A stretch of DNA of 64,000 nucleotides from positions 9,176,001-9,240,000 of the forward strand of contig OZ176050.1 in NCBI GenBank assembly GCA_964247055.1, given 5' to 3'. This document shows, one piece after another, positions 43,501 through 54,600 of the stretch (its first letter is position 1; the number at the start of each line of letters is the position of its first letter). A program made the translations under genes and the position numbers. Under the pieces are notes generated by a model, which did not search any database, had not been told where the DNA came from, and saw nothing but the letters and a program-made list of their open reading frames with translations. Source of the DNA: Paragordius varius. Taxonomy: Eukaryota > Animalia > Nematomorpha.

Positions 43501-46500
43501 TACAAACTTCTATTTCTTTCTAAATTAAACGCAGGGGTGTAAATTTAATTTAGACTTTTAATTTCATATTTATTTATTTTTTTATTTATGTATGTATTTA
43601 TTTGTGCTAGAATTAGATGTGAAAATTTCCAAAATTATAATTGTTATTAAAATACTGTAAGAGTCACTTCCATCAAATTATGGAAATTTTAACAAGATAT
43701 AATTAAAAGCATTAACTATTTTATGAAATAAAACAGATAAGAAAGTAAAAATTAACTATGGAAAAAAATAATATATCTAATTGTTGTAAATTTTGAGATA
43801 AAATTAATTTTATTAGAACCATTCAAAAGTTCAGTTATATAATGGATAAATAAAAACCTGAAATCTTTGCAATAAAATATGTGGACCACCTTGATTAATG
43901 AACATTTGCAAATCGGCGACCGCTACATTATCCAATATTCGAACACAGCGTGTTTCATACTTTGTTTAAAAAATATTGGAATTATTTATCATTTTTTTTA
44001 AATTTAAATATATATATTATTATAATACCAAAATGAGATGAGGGTCAGATTTATATTTTGAGGCGCAAGCCAATAAATCCTTAATCATTCCATTGTTGCG
44101 AAACATTTCATCATCTATAATTCATTATAAAAAATAATTAAGCGTATATAGCTTCCAATATTCATGTATTATGAGAGCAATTAAAAAATTATCACATAAA
44201 GTACCATATCACAATGCTAAACTTTAAAACTTTTAAAATATTATATGAATTATATTAAAAACACCAAAAATAAAAGCATCATACCTTCGCCCAACTCGGT
44301 TAAATGAAAAACAAACGACAACAAACTCAATCCATAATTCTTGATTGCTATAGCTAACATCGTTTCATCAGAATTTACGGTGTTATTAATTTCGGGATTG
44401 TTAAATAAGTTCTTTAAGTCGGCATCTACGAAAACATAATTTATTTGTATAAATCTATATAAAAGTGTATAAAAATTATTATAAAATATAGTTAATTTTC
44501 TACTGTTTTGAGATGATGTAGAAAGGTATGAATTCACGCTATTCATATATGCGGAATTGTTAAGGAAATCTCGAATAGCTTTTGGTATTATGCCTGTATA
44601 AGATGCAATTTGAGTTGCTTCGACAATAAAACTCATGGGGATTTTACTGTAGTAAAATAAATGGTATTTTTGAAACATGGTACAATTGTTAAAAAAGGTT
44701 ATAATATAACTCCATTCACATTAAAATGCTATATAATACTAAAGAGCTCATATGCACTTTTTTCCGACTTCTAAATAAGCTCTGAGTTTTAAGGTGCTTT
44801 AACCACCAAAATATAAAAATAGATTGATATCTTCAAAATATAATTTTTATGAATTTTCATATGCCAATTAGTATTATACCTTTGAAAAGGTTGATGATTT
44901 GACAAAAACATCGTTAGGAACTGTAAAGCAGAGGTTTTGACCCGCTAAAAATGGAAATATATTCATTGCAACAATTAGAAAATATTAGGTTATGCATCAA
45001 AAAATATAAAAAGTAAGTATATACCAAATATATATTTTCGTTTGGAAGATTCAAGAGGTTACAAACATCAAAGATCAAATCTTTCGTTATGATTGAATGC
45101 AATTGATTTGTGTATTTTTTGCATTTCACTATAACAGATAAATATAATTGGGTAATATATAAATCAAATTAAATAAACCATGATAACGGTTTTAAATCTT
45201 TAAAAACAAATATTTTAAGAAGAAATGAATACATAATAATGCCAATGCTTTTAGACGAACAGATACAGCACATATTCGATTTTTTAGATTGGGAAACACG
45301 TAAGCCATTCTAACTTGACAAAATAATTCCATCTATTATATAATAAGAAAGGGTAAAAAAATTAAATTTATCATGAATAAAAATAATATAGCAAGGTTGA
45401 TTAAAAAACGGACGATGAAACAAACGATAGTTGCAAATTAATCATTACATCAGCACCGAGCACAGATGAATTAGTAATAAAATTTGTAAATTAGGAGTCT
45501 ATATTATGGTTATGTTACCAAATCTGACAAATTTTAAAACTAAGACTCATATTAGTGTAATTTATGTGAAAATTACGTACAATCATATGTTAAAATTCAC
45601 CACCATTAATAATAAAGCACCGTTTTATAATTTTTTTGTTAATTTCATCACATGTCTTCAAGATCAAAATGTAAATAATTACACAAAAAAAGAATTAAAT
45701 AAAGGAAACTATTTTGTCATACATACCTTCCTATCATCCGGAATGGTAAATCGTTTAAAAAAATCATGCATCACATAAGAGGGTATTGGATCCTTGCCCA
45801 CTAACTTTATATTAAATCACAAAAATAAATTGATAAAATAATTATTATATTGATGTGATAAAATCTGTTAAAAAATAAATGAATTTCTATTTTAAAGTTG
45901 GTTTTTAACTGATATCAAAATATAAATTTTTTTCGATACAAAAGTTTATTACTTTGTTAACATTATCTACGTGAATGGTAATATTGGAATCACGCAAGGT
46001 TGAATGCTGAGTAGTAGTTTCTTTGATATCCTATTTATTGATTTATATAATTATCATTGTATTAATAGAAAAATAAATTTGTTTGATTGATTATCCTCTC
46101 CGAACGAGTTATGTTTTAATGCACATTTCGATTTCATATTTTTTATAATGGTTTTTAAAAAAATAATTCATAATAAATCCAAAACAATACCCTAAACCAA
46201 TATCAGTTAAAACTAATCATGAATAAATAATTTAAATTATAATATCCTATTAAAATTTACACTATATAGAAATGAACCTTCCTAATATAAAAAATAACTT
46301 ATGTAATCGTAATTTTTAATTATTTTATAAAGTTAAGCACGTGTATCTTGCAAAATAATTTAGTTTAAAAAAATTATAAACAGATAATTGATATCAATAT
46401 CATTAAAAAATAATAAAATATAAATAAATTTTAATAATAAATATGCGTATATTGATTCAATCATAATCATACAATTAAACATTATTGGTAATTAATATTA

Positions 46501-47317
46501 TAATTTTACGTAATTAAAAAAATAAGACTTGACAATACAAAAGGCAAAATTATTATTGGTTCATTGGGTCTTTTAGAATGTTAGTACGGAAAAAATGAAA
46601 AACATAATGACAGATTAAAATATTTTTAAAGAGGTTCCCATTGACCAATAATATGGCTTTTTACTGTATTTACTTAATTATAAAAATATATTACGGGAGT
46701 AGTTATTGCTGAAGATGGGGCAAACTCAAAGTGTAGCGAAGTGCATGAACTTGGATAATCCTTTAAAAGATTTTAATATATAATAATTCTTACGGATAAT
46801 GGTTGATCCAAACAACAATTGAATAATAAGACATCATACCAATTCTGTAAAAAAATAAAAAGCCAAGAATTTACCTGTGCTAAGTAAAGAAGAGTGCTGT
46901 ACAATTTATTTCGTATACTTCGAGGTAACTTTATTAGTATATTTGATTTTTTTAACATATGGACTAAAAAATCTAATATATATTCTACAAGTGCATAATC
47001 GCTAGATTCCAATAAATTTATTAAAGCCTAAAAAATTAAATTTATATGAACTTTAATTAATTTAAAATAATTTATTTTGTGCTTGAAATCTGAGTTGGAC
47101 AAATTTTCAATCGCGTTCATCAATATTATTTTATCCTTATCAATTACTTTATATATACCAGGGTGTTTTGGGTTAAATCACAATTTAATAACCATTGAGA
47201 ATTAGGAGCTTTTTGACTAGCATTTTGAAAAAATTTAATCATTTTGTTATAATTTTCGTCTATCGTTTGCTTTTCAGCTTTTTTAATAAGATTTGCAGAC
47301 TTATCAAAATTATCCAT
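1..47317 (-). CDS. HUWE1: HUWE1-like giant HECT E3 ubiquitin ligase, multi-exon, 3'-truncated by the window edge
   Basis: Spliced exons give HUWE1 landmarks in the expected order: N-terminal helical repeats ([60 protein letters not shown]), UBA, a WWE-like segment, an acidic tract, three UBM-like repeats, [12 protein letters not shown] and the HECT N-lobe. The probable start MDNFDKS at 47317 opens a 53-codon phase-0 exon; an extra upstream coding exon is not excluded. Not every internal exon was resolved. Confidence 0.95.
26..1935 (-). CDS. HUWE1: HUWE1 pre-HECT and HECT N-lobe exons (1587-1935, 1017-1063, 834-942, 593-754, 26-131)
   Basis: GT-AG joins keep frame and give [157 protein letters not shown], a typical HUWE1-type HECT. 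The catalytic Cys lies outside the window. Confidence 0.97.
8382..10033 (-). CDS. HUWE1: HUWE1 exons carrying three ubiquitin-binding (UBM-like) repeats
   Basis: Exons 9807-10033, 9102-9305 and 8382-8499 encode [34 protein letters not shown] and [38 protein letters not shown]. Confidence 0.9.
21020..21961 (-). CDS. HUWE1: HUWE1 Asp/Glu-rich disordered tract (two exons)
   Basis: [36 protein letters not shown] and [18 protein letters not shown] sit at the position of the acidic region of HUWE1. Confidence 0.85.
22050..22956. mobile_element. Probable non-autonomous TIR element (hAT-like ends) in a HUWE1 intron
   Basis: Left end tagggcttcgaacagg and right end ccagttcgaagccctg are inverted 13-16 bp matches; several subterminal ccggtt motifs; no ORF; no clear TSD. 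Confidence 0.55.
27106..27140. repeat. Compound (AC)n(TA)10 microsatellite in a HUWE1 intron
   Basis: Directly visible acacac... followed by tatata... Confidence 0.9.
28553..28579. repeat. (AT)n microsatellite in a HUWE1 intron
   Basis: About 13 AT units, directly visible. Confidence 0.9.
28700..28790 (-). CDS. HUWE1: HUWE1 WWE-like segment
   Basis: [19 protein letters not shown] resembles the W-x-W...DD...G-x-W start of the HUWE1 WWE domain and lies downstream of the UBA. Confidence 0.65.
29704..29979. mobile_element. Foldback-type MITE family A, copy 1 (HUWE1 intron)
   Basis: TA|CCATTTAC ... GTAAATGC|TA ends, arms built of ~21-bp AATTCAAATTCACCCTTGAAC units, and a core shared with the copies at 38285 and 50692. 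Confidence 0.85.
32765..32863 (-). CDS. HUWE1: HUWE1 UBA domain
   Basis: [33 protein letters not shown] carries the MGF and EYLL signatures of a UBA domain. Confidence 0.92.
38285..38604. mobile_element. Foldback-type MITE family A, copy 2 (inverted relative to copies 1 and 3; HUWE1 intron)
   Basis: TA|CCATTTAC ... GTAAATGG|TA. The core has tataggtaat and catcattaatat, the reverse complements of attacctata and atattaatgatg in the other copies. Confidence 0.88.
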
Positions 47318-47567
47318 ACTAACTATGAAAACTTAACAGATGCTGAACTAACTATTAGCAAAATTACCAAATGAATTTTGAAACACTAAATCAAAGCTCT
47401 TTATTGCGCATAAAATTTTCAATGTATATTTGGGTGTTGTTAGACTCCCATTATCATTTCGCCTAAAATAATATATGGCTATGTAATTAATTAACTTTAT
47501 AAAATTAGCCTATATTTTATCGGCAAAATCTTAATATATTTTTGTTATATCAGCTTGTTTTTAGATC

Positions 47568-47740
47568 GTTTTTTGGAGCTGTCCAAATTTTAGACTGTAG
47601 AAGTCACAAAACTATAAAAATATAAGCTTTTTTATCTATTACTGAGAACAATGTTTGATAGATTAAGTTTTAACTAAAAAAACTTTTAAATCTGTAATTT
47701 ATTTACAAACTTCTCTGGAATATAAATTTACCCCAATATG
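47568..47740. repeat. Diverged dispersed repeat, homologous to 56421-56560
   Basis: Collinear shared blocks ttttggagct, tagaagt..aaaact.taaaaatat and ctct..aatataaa..taccccaa; the last block also occurs near 48431. Confidence 0.6.
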
Positions 47741-49134
47741 TAAGCTGGGACAATAAGGTGAAAAGTATATAAGATAAATAATTTAAAAAAATGTTTTTGC
47801 ACTATATGCCTTAAAAGCTAAAGAGAGCCTATTTTAAAATTGGCCTAATGGTATAAAAAATTAAGTTGATAAAATATATATATTTTGATAGAAAAATGTA
47901 TTAGGAATATCATGCTTTTGCTTTTAGGGCTAACGAGAGATATAACACTTCATTACCTTTTTACTTTTTACCCTAGTTTACATTTTTGGCCATTTGATAA
48001 CCCAGAGCTCAGATTTGATAACCTACTGTTTTGAAAGATATTTTAGTTGAAATTTAATTATCAATTGTTCGTATGTGGTTGATAAAAAAGCTAATATTTT
48101 TAACAGTTTTGTGCAATCGGGACAGCTCCAAATTAATTGAAAAAACAGCTGCTATTAAAATTAAAATTTATTGTGTTTTGCTGGTAAATTATAGCCTCTT
48201 TTAGAAGTTAATTATTTACTTTTTTAACCATAATATACATTAATTTGCTTGTTGCATTAGCGATTTAAAAAATTATAGAAAAAACGGTGAAAAAATTAGA
48301 GATGAGGATATTTTACAATTTTACATTTTTTAAAAAAAATATGCATTATGGGCCTAAAAGACCAAGAGCATATTTTTAAAATCGGCAAAATATTTTAAAT
48401 ACTTTTAAGGATCTTCAAATTTTAAATCGCTCTGGAATATAAAACTACCCCAAAAGATCATGGATAGTTAAAATATATACTTACACAATTGTGGTAATGC
48501 TCTAATTTAGAGAATGGCCAAATTGGCGGATATTTTTTCCAAAATAATCTGAAATATATCATATACTAGAAAAAAATAAAACAAGTTTTTTTTTAGATGT
48601 GTGCTTCGAAAGTGTCAAATTTTAAACCCCCTAAAAATGGGTAGGTTTTCTTTAACTTAGAGCGAAGCTGAGATAAAACCTTAATTTACATATATATGCT
48701 TGATTTTTATATCAAAAAATATTTTAAAAATATATATTTTGATATTTTGGTGATGCGAGTTGAAAAGTCTATCGCTTTAGATTTCTTAGTAGTATATTTA
48801 TTTCAAATTTTTGCTGGATTTTCGTAACTCAATTTATATTTAACATGAATCTGAGGTCGAAAAATATTTTAATTAAAATTCTAACCTGATAGAAATTTCA
48901 GCATCATCATATATCGAAAAAAGGTTTTTATAATATTTTTTAAATCTTTACATTGTTTCCATAATGTGTAAGAAGTACCTTTCAATACAATTTTACTAAA
49001 AATTATATTTTTAACAAAAATATGCTTTTTCAAAATAAAATTTTTGTCACAATTTATATTTGATATTTTGATCGCGCAATCCCGGCGCTTTTGCGTTTAT
49101 TTTAACACTTGGATACAACACACTCATTTTAGTC

Positions 49135-49683
49135 CTTCGATTCAAATTGGGGTAGTTGGATACCCCAGGCCTGTTTAAAATCAAATAGTTTAAAAAGTAT
49201 GGAAGCAATCGAAACCATGGCAAAATTTTCCACTTATATAACATTAATAAACCGAAATATAATAAAAATATTATTTAAAAATACTTGATATTACTTATTA
49301 TGACCTAAAACTGAAAGGTAAAAATTTAGTCAACGTGACATGTGTCAAATTATAAAATTAAAAATAATACAAAATAAACCGCTTTTTTATTTCTATCAAT
49401 GTTAGATGTAATTTATATAAAAAATAAGCTCTAGTTTTACCCCTAAAATCAAATGAAGATGACATTTTGCTAAATTTTTGTAAAATAAAAATGGCGTCGA
49501 AGTAGTTTGAGGTGGAACTTTTTTTACAATACAAAATTTTATCAAGATATTTTGGCATATTTATATAATATTTATCAGGATAGAAGCATAAATTTAAATT
49601 GGGACCGTTTTCTTCAGTAGTTTTTTAAAAATTTTAATTTAAACTTAGTCTGGGGTATTTAGATACCCCAATTTGAATCGAAG
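49135..49683. mobile_element. Inverted-repeat-bounded element of about 550 bp
   Basis: cttcgattcaaattggggta...taccccag (49135-49168) and its reverse complement ctggggta...taccccaatttgaatcgaag (49650-49683). Each arm is itself a small tggggta/tacccca hairpin. No TSD seen. Confidence 0.65.
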
Positions 49684-49689
49684 TGTTCA

Positions 49690-50178
49690 GAGAACTAGCC
49701 CATTTTAGGAGCGCCGAAAAATTTAGGATTTTCGGAGCTTACATCAAAAAATTAAGAAATTTTAAAATTTTAGCCTTTATTTATTGTAAAGAATTTATTT
49801 TTCTCCAAATAATTTTTTTTTTAATGTGCACAAATGATACCATTTTTTGATATGCACTTATCACAAAAGTGTTAATAACTTTCTTATATCACTTGTAATG
49901 ACCAAAATCACCATAATAATTCTGATCTATTTTCCTATTAAAATATATATATTTCCATAGGTTATATTATATGGATATTGTAATATTGGAAAATGGCATA
50001 ATTTGATTCTATTTAAATAATTTTTTCAGTGAAGCTAAATACTTTTTCCCAATATATATCACTAAAATATATATTAAACTAACTATAAAACGCAAAATAA
50101 TATTTTAAAAAATTTATTTATAGATGCGGGTTCCGAAAATTTTAAATTTTCCCGCTCCTCTAAAACGGGCTAGTTCTC
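49690..50178. mobile_element. TIR element (MITE-like) of about 490 bp
   Basis: Imperfect ~55-bp TIRs beginning gagaactagccc (49690) and ending gggctagttctc (50178). A diverged copy of the left end and interior starts at 56089. Confidence 0.72.
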
Positions 50179-50691
50179 TTAAAAAATGCTTATGCCGAGA
50201 TTGCTTAATTTAAATACATGCTACATTTTGATATCAACTATACATATTTTTTTAAATATGTAATTTTTAACCAAATTTTGTTGCATATTAATACTGTTTT
50301 GAGGCATGCTGGAAAAGGTATGAAAACGGTATAAGATATTATAAAAACACTTTGGGTGGGGTGATAAAATTGTTTAATGATTTTCAAGTTTTTCAAGTGG
50401 CTAGCTTTCATGTAAAAAAATGGAGTTAAGTAAAGCAAGAAAAATTGAATCGGATGTGATAAAAAATCATAGATCAAATAAAACTTAAAGATTTTTCAAT
50501 GGTGCAGGGCACCGTTGACGGTAACAAAGATATGTGTAAAAAAATTTTGGCAGCTATATATGCATATAATTTAGGTTTTATATAATATCGAAACCTTTGT
50601 AAATGTTATAAACTGTTTGATATTTGGCTAATAAAATACTTAATCTATGTGGATACAAAAGAAGATGATGAGAATTTTTTTGCGTATTATA

Positions 50692-50994
50692 CCATTTAAA
50701 ATTCAAATTCACCCTTGAACAATTCAAATTCCCCCTTCACCATTCAAATTCACCCTTGAACAATTTAAATTCTCCCTAAAATAAATTAGGTTTTTTTAAG
50801 ATTAAAAATTACCTATATTTTATAATATTAAAATATAAAATTCTGTTCAAAAGTAATATAACGCTGAAAAAATAATAAACAATATCGTAAAAATATATTT
50901 CATATTAATGATGAGTTATATTATCCCGAAAACACAAAATTTATTTTTAGGATGAATTTGAATTGTTTAGGGGTGAATGTGAATTGGATATAGG
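50692..50994. mobile_element. Foldback-type MITE family A, copy 3 (intergenic)
   Basis: TA|CCATTTA left end, four ~21-bp subrepeats, the same core as copy 1, and a degenerate right arm ending ..tagg|TA. Confidence 0.82.
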
Positions 50995-51676
50995 TATTAA
51001 AAACAACAATGCATCTAAAAGTTTTATAAATTCATCAGTTCCGCGAACCCTAAAAAACATTTGCATAAATCAATAATATATTTTTTGAGCATTTTTGAAA
51101 ATTAATCCCACAAAGATTCAGTAATGGGATTCCTAACGTACTTTGTACATCAAAATATGAATAGGAAGAATTTTTTCATTTTAAAAGTTAATAGTTAATC
51201 AAAAGTCAATATGTTGATATGTTTTATAGACATCCGATTTTTATTTGCAGACCCATCAAAATTGGTAGCAAAACGTGAAACGGACACGGGGGAAGTTATT
51301 GATATTATCAATTGATAAAATGGTGCAAAATATCAATCGAAGCATTTCCGATGAAATGATTTATAAGTTAAAATTTATTCATTTTATATATAATAATTAT
51401 AACTATGATTTTTTATTTTTAACTGGATATTAAACATCAAAGCTGTAGAAGTAACAAAAATGTTTAATTGTTTAATTTTTTATATTATAGGTACATCAGG
51501 ACCTAAACTACTTGTGATAAATAAAGAAGTAACAAAATCATCCCAAGATAAGAGAACTAAAATGCATTTTGGAAAATAAAGTGTTACAGCTTCAAAAAGA
51601 AGTTTTAGTTCAAGAAAAACATTAAAATAAATATTTATAATAATTGATACTGCAATAATTTATTTATATTACATTA

Positions 51677-54600
51677 CTAGCGTGAATCTCGTGCTGCTAC
51701 GCAGCCCGAGGAAGTCCTTCGGACTTATGGAGGGGGGGTTCGAAGTTTGGATTTGAATGGGTCTACCGTTTTTCCTGTACAAGATCACAAAGCCAGCATT
51801 TTCCATTTTTATAAATATATAGATGAGGATAAATAATGTATTAATATCCATATATCTTTTAACATGCTATGCATATGATAGATACTCCTTACTCAGCATC
51901 TATCATCAAAGAAACGCTTGACTAAAATTTTTGCCTTTTAACAGGCAATACGAAAAATCTTTCTCGAATTTTTACAGTCTCATACCGTGGACAAAAAAAT
52001 ACAATCAAAAAAATATTTTTGTGGACTTTGTTTTTTTTGAAAAAAATGGCATTTTACGGGGGTAGCGGGTAAAAAGAGGGCCTAAATCAAAAAAGTGACT
52101 CGACTATGTTCAGCGCGATCAAAAATAAGTAAACAAAATTCATATTTGAAATTGAATGGTCCAACACGTTCTCCAAAAAATTGACTTAACCCATTTTTCA
52201 CACGGGGTGGGCCCGAACTGGGGACCTAATTCCAAAAAAGGGCGAAGCTATTGTCGGGGCATTCATTAATGATTATATTTTTTCGATATTTGGATTTGAT
52301 TGGGATCACCGGTTTTCCGGAAACAGTTCACAAAGTTATATGAAAAATCAGTTTTTAGCGGGTAGCTCCTTACCCAGCAGCTATCATCAAATAAACGGTG
52401 GACTAAAATTTTTGCCTTTTAACAGGGAATACATGGAATCTTTATTGAATTTTTACGGTCTCATACCTAGGGCGAAAAATCGATTTAGAAAATTATTTTT
52501 GTGGACTTTGTTTTTTGAAAAAAATGGCATTTTACGGGGGGAGCGGGTAAAAAGAGGGCCTAAATCAAAAAAGTGGCTCGACTATGTTCGGCGCAATCGA
52601 AAATAAGTAAACAAAAATTATATTTGAAATTGAATGGTCCAACACGTTCTCCGGAAAATTGTCTCAAAAACACGATTTTGTGGACTTCTGTTTTCAAAAA
52701 AACCCGTTTTTCATACGGGGTGGGCCCGAACTGGGGGCCTATTTCAAAAAAAGGGCGAAGCTATTGTCGGGACATTTATTAATGATTATATTTTTTCGAT
52801 ATTTCGATTTGATTGGGTCTACCGGTTTTCCTGTACCAGATCACAAAGCCAGCATTTTCCATTTTTATAAATATATAGACTAGCGTGAATCTCGTGCTGC
52901 TACGCAGCCCGAGGAAGTCCTTCGGACTTCTGGGGGGGGGGGGGGGAGTTCGAATGCTATACATATGATAGATACTCCTTACTCAGCATCTATCATCAAG
53001 GAAACGCTTGACTTAAATTTTTGCCTTTTAACAGGCAATACGAAAAATCTTTCTCGAATTTTTACAGTCTCATACCATGGGCAAAAAAATACAATCAAAA
53101 AATATTTTTGTGGACTTTGTTTTTTTTTGAAAAAAATGGCATTTTACGGGGGGAGCGGGTAAAAAGAGGGCCTAAATCAAAAAAGTGACTCGACTATGTT
53201 CGGCGCAATCGAAAATAAGTAAACAAAAATCATATTTGAAATTGAATGGTCCAACACGTTCTCCAAAAAATTGACTTAACCCATGTTTCACAGGGGGTGG
53301 GCCCAAACTGGGGACCTAATTCCAAAAAAAGGGCGAAGCTATTGTCGGGGCATTCATTAATGATTAAATTTTTTCGATGTTTGGATTTGATTGGGTTCAC
53401 AGGTTTTCCGGAAACAGATCACAAAGTTATATGAAAAATCAGTTTTTAGCGGGTAGCTCCTTACCCAGCAGCTATCATCAAATAAACGGTAGACTAAAAT
53501 TTTTGCCTTTTAACAGGGAATACGTAAAATCCATATAGAATTTTTACGGTCTCATACCTAGGGCGAAAAATCGATTTAAAAAATTATTTTTGTGGACTTT
53601 GCTTTTTGAAAAAAATGACATTTTACGGGGGGAGCGGGTAAAAAGAGGGCCTAAATCAAAAAAGTGGCTCGGCTATGTTCGGCGCAATCGAAAATAAGTA
53701 AACAATAATCATATTTGAAATTGAATGGTCCAACACGTTCTCCGGAAAATTGTCTCAAAAACACGATTTTGTGGACTTGTGTTTTTTAAAAAAACCCGTT
53801 TTTCATACGGGGTGGGCCCGAACTGGGGGCCTATTTCAAAAAAAGGGCGAAGCTATTGTCGGGACATTTATTAATGATTATATTTTTTCGATATTTGGAT
53901 TTGATTGGGTCTACCGGTTTTCCTGTACCAGATCACAAAGCCAGCATTTTCCATTTTTATAAATATATAGATGAGGATAAATAATGTATTAATATCCATA
54001 TATCTTTTAACATGCTATACATATGATAGATACTCCTTACTCAGCAGTTATCATCAAAGAAACGCTTGACTAAAATTTTTTTCTTTTAACAGGCAATACG
54101 AAAAAACCTTCTCGAATTTTTAGAGTCTCATACCGTGGACAAAAAAATACAATCAAAAAAATATTTTTGTGGACTTTGTTTTTTTTGAAAAAAATGGCAT
54201 TTTACGGGGGGAGCGGGTAAAAAGAGGGCCTAAATCAAAAAAGTGACTCGACTATGTTCGGCGCAATCGAAAATAAGTAAACAAAAATCATATTTGAAAT
54301 TGAATGGTCCAACACGTTCTCCAAAAAATTGACTTAACCCATGTTTCACAGGGGGTGGGCCCAAACTGGGGACCTAATTCCAAAAAAAGGGCGAAGCTAT
54401 TGTCGGGGCATTCATTAATGATTAAATTTTTTCGATGTTTGGATTTGATTGGGTTCACAGGTTTTCCGGAAACAGATCACAAAGTTATATGAAAAATCAG
54501 TTTTTAGCGGGTAGCTCCTTACCCAGCAGCTATCATCAAATAAACGGTAGACTAAAATTTTTGCCTTTTAACAGGGAATACGTAAAATCCATATAGAATT

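Noticed and set aside
47371-47462. Possible extra upstream HUWE1 coding exon (RNDNGSLTTPKY..)
   Set aside because: It needs a phase-2 upstream exon, and the nearest candidate has an in-frame stop; sequence further up is repeat-derived. More likely 5' UTR.
51240-51630. Exon-like fragments next to the Helitron 3' end (PSKLVAKRETDTGEVIDII, ILENKVLQLQKEVLVQEKH)
   Set aside because: Interrupted by stops and frameshifts with no recognisable family; possibly a decayed transposon gene, but unsupported without a search.
51736-51746. ggttcgaa resembling a tRNA T-loop or pol III B box
   Set aside because: No cloverleaf or A box; it is the boundary of the Helitron-like 3' cassette.
51875-51906. 9-bp hairpin atgatagat/atctatcat in monomer A with an apparent compensatory variant in B
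   Set aside because: The B stem is not positionally homologous after alignment and the A3 copy breaks the stem, so there is no real covariation.
51915-51940. aaaatttttgccttttaac in each monomer resembles an Sm site next to the U5 snRNA loop (GCCTTTTAC)
   Set aside because: The loop is imperfect (ends AA), lacks the flanking U5 stem and sits in the wrong order relative to the Sm-like site. No U1, U2, U6 or 5S match was seen, so an snRNA or SL RNA array is unsupported.
51950-54480. Heat shock elements in the Helitron-like array upstream of HSF (Caenorhabditis Helitrons are known to carry HSEs)
   Set aside because: Only two-unit sites (TTCtcGAA, TTCcgGAA) are present; no three-unit nGAAn array was found.
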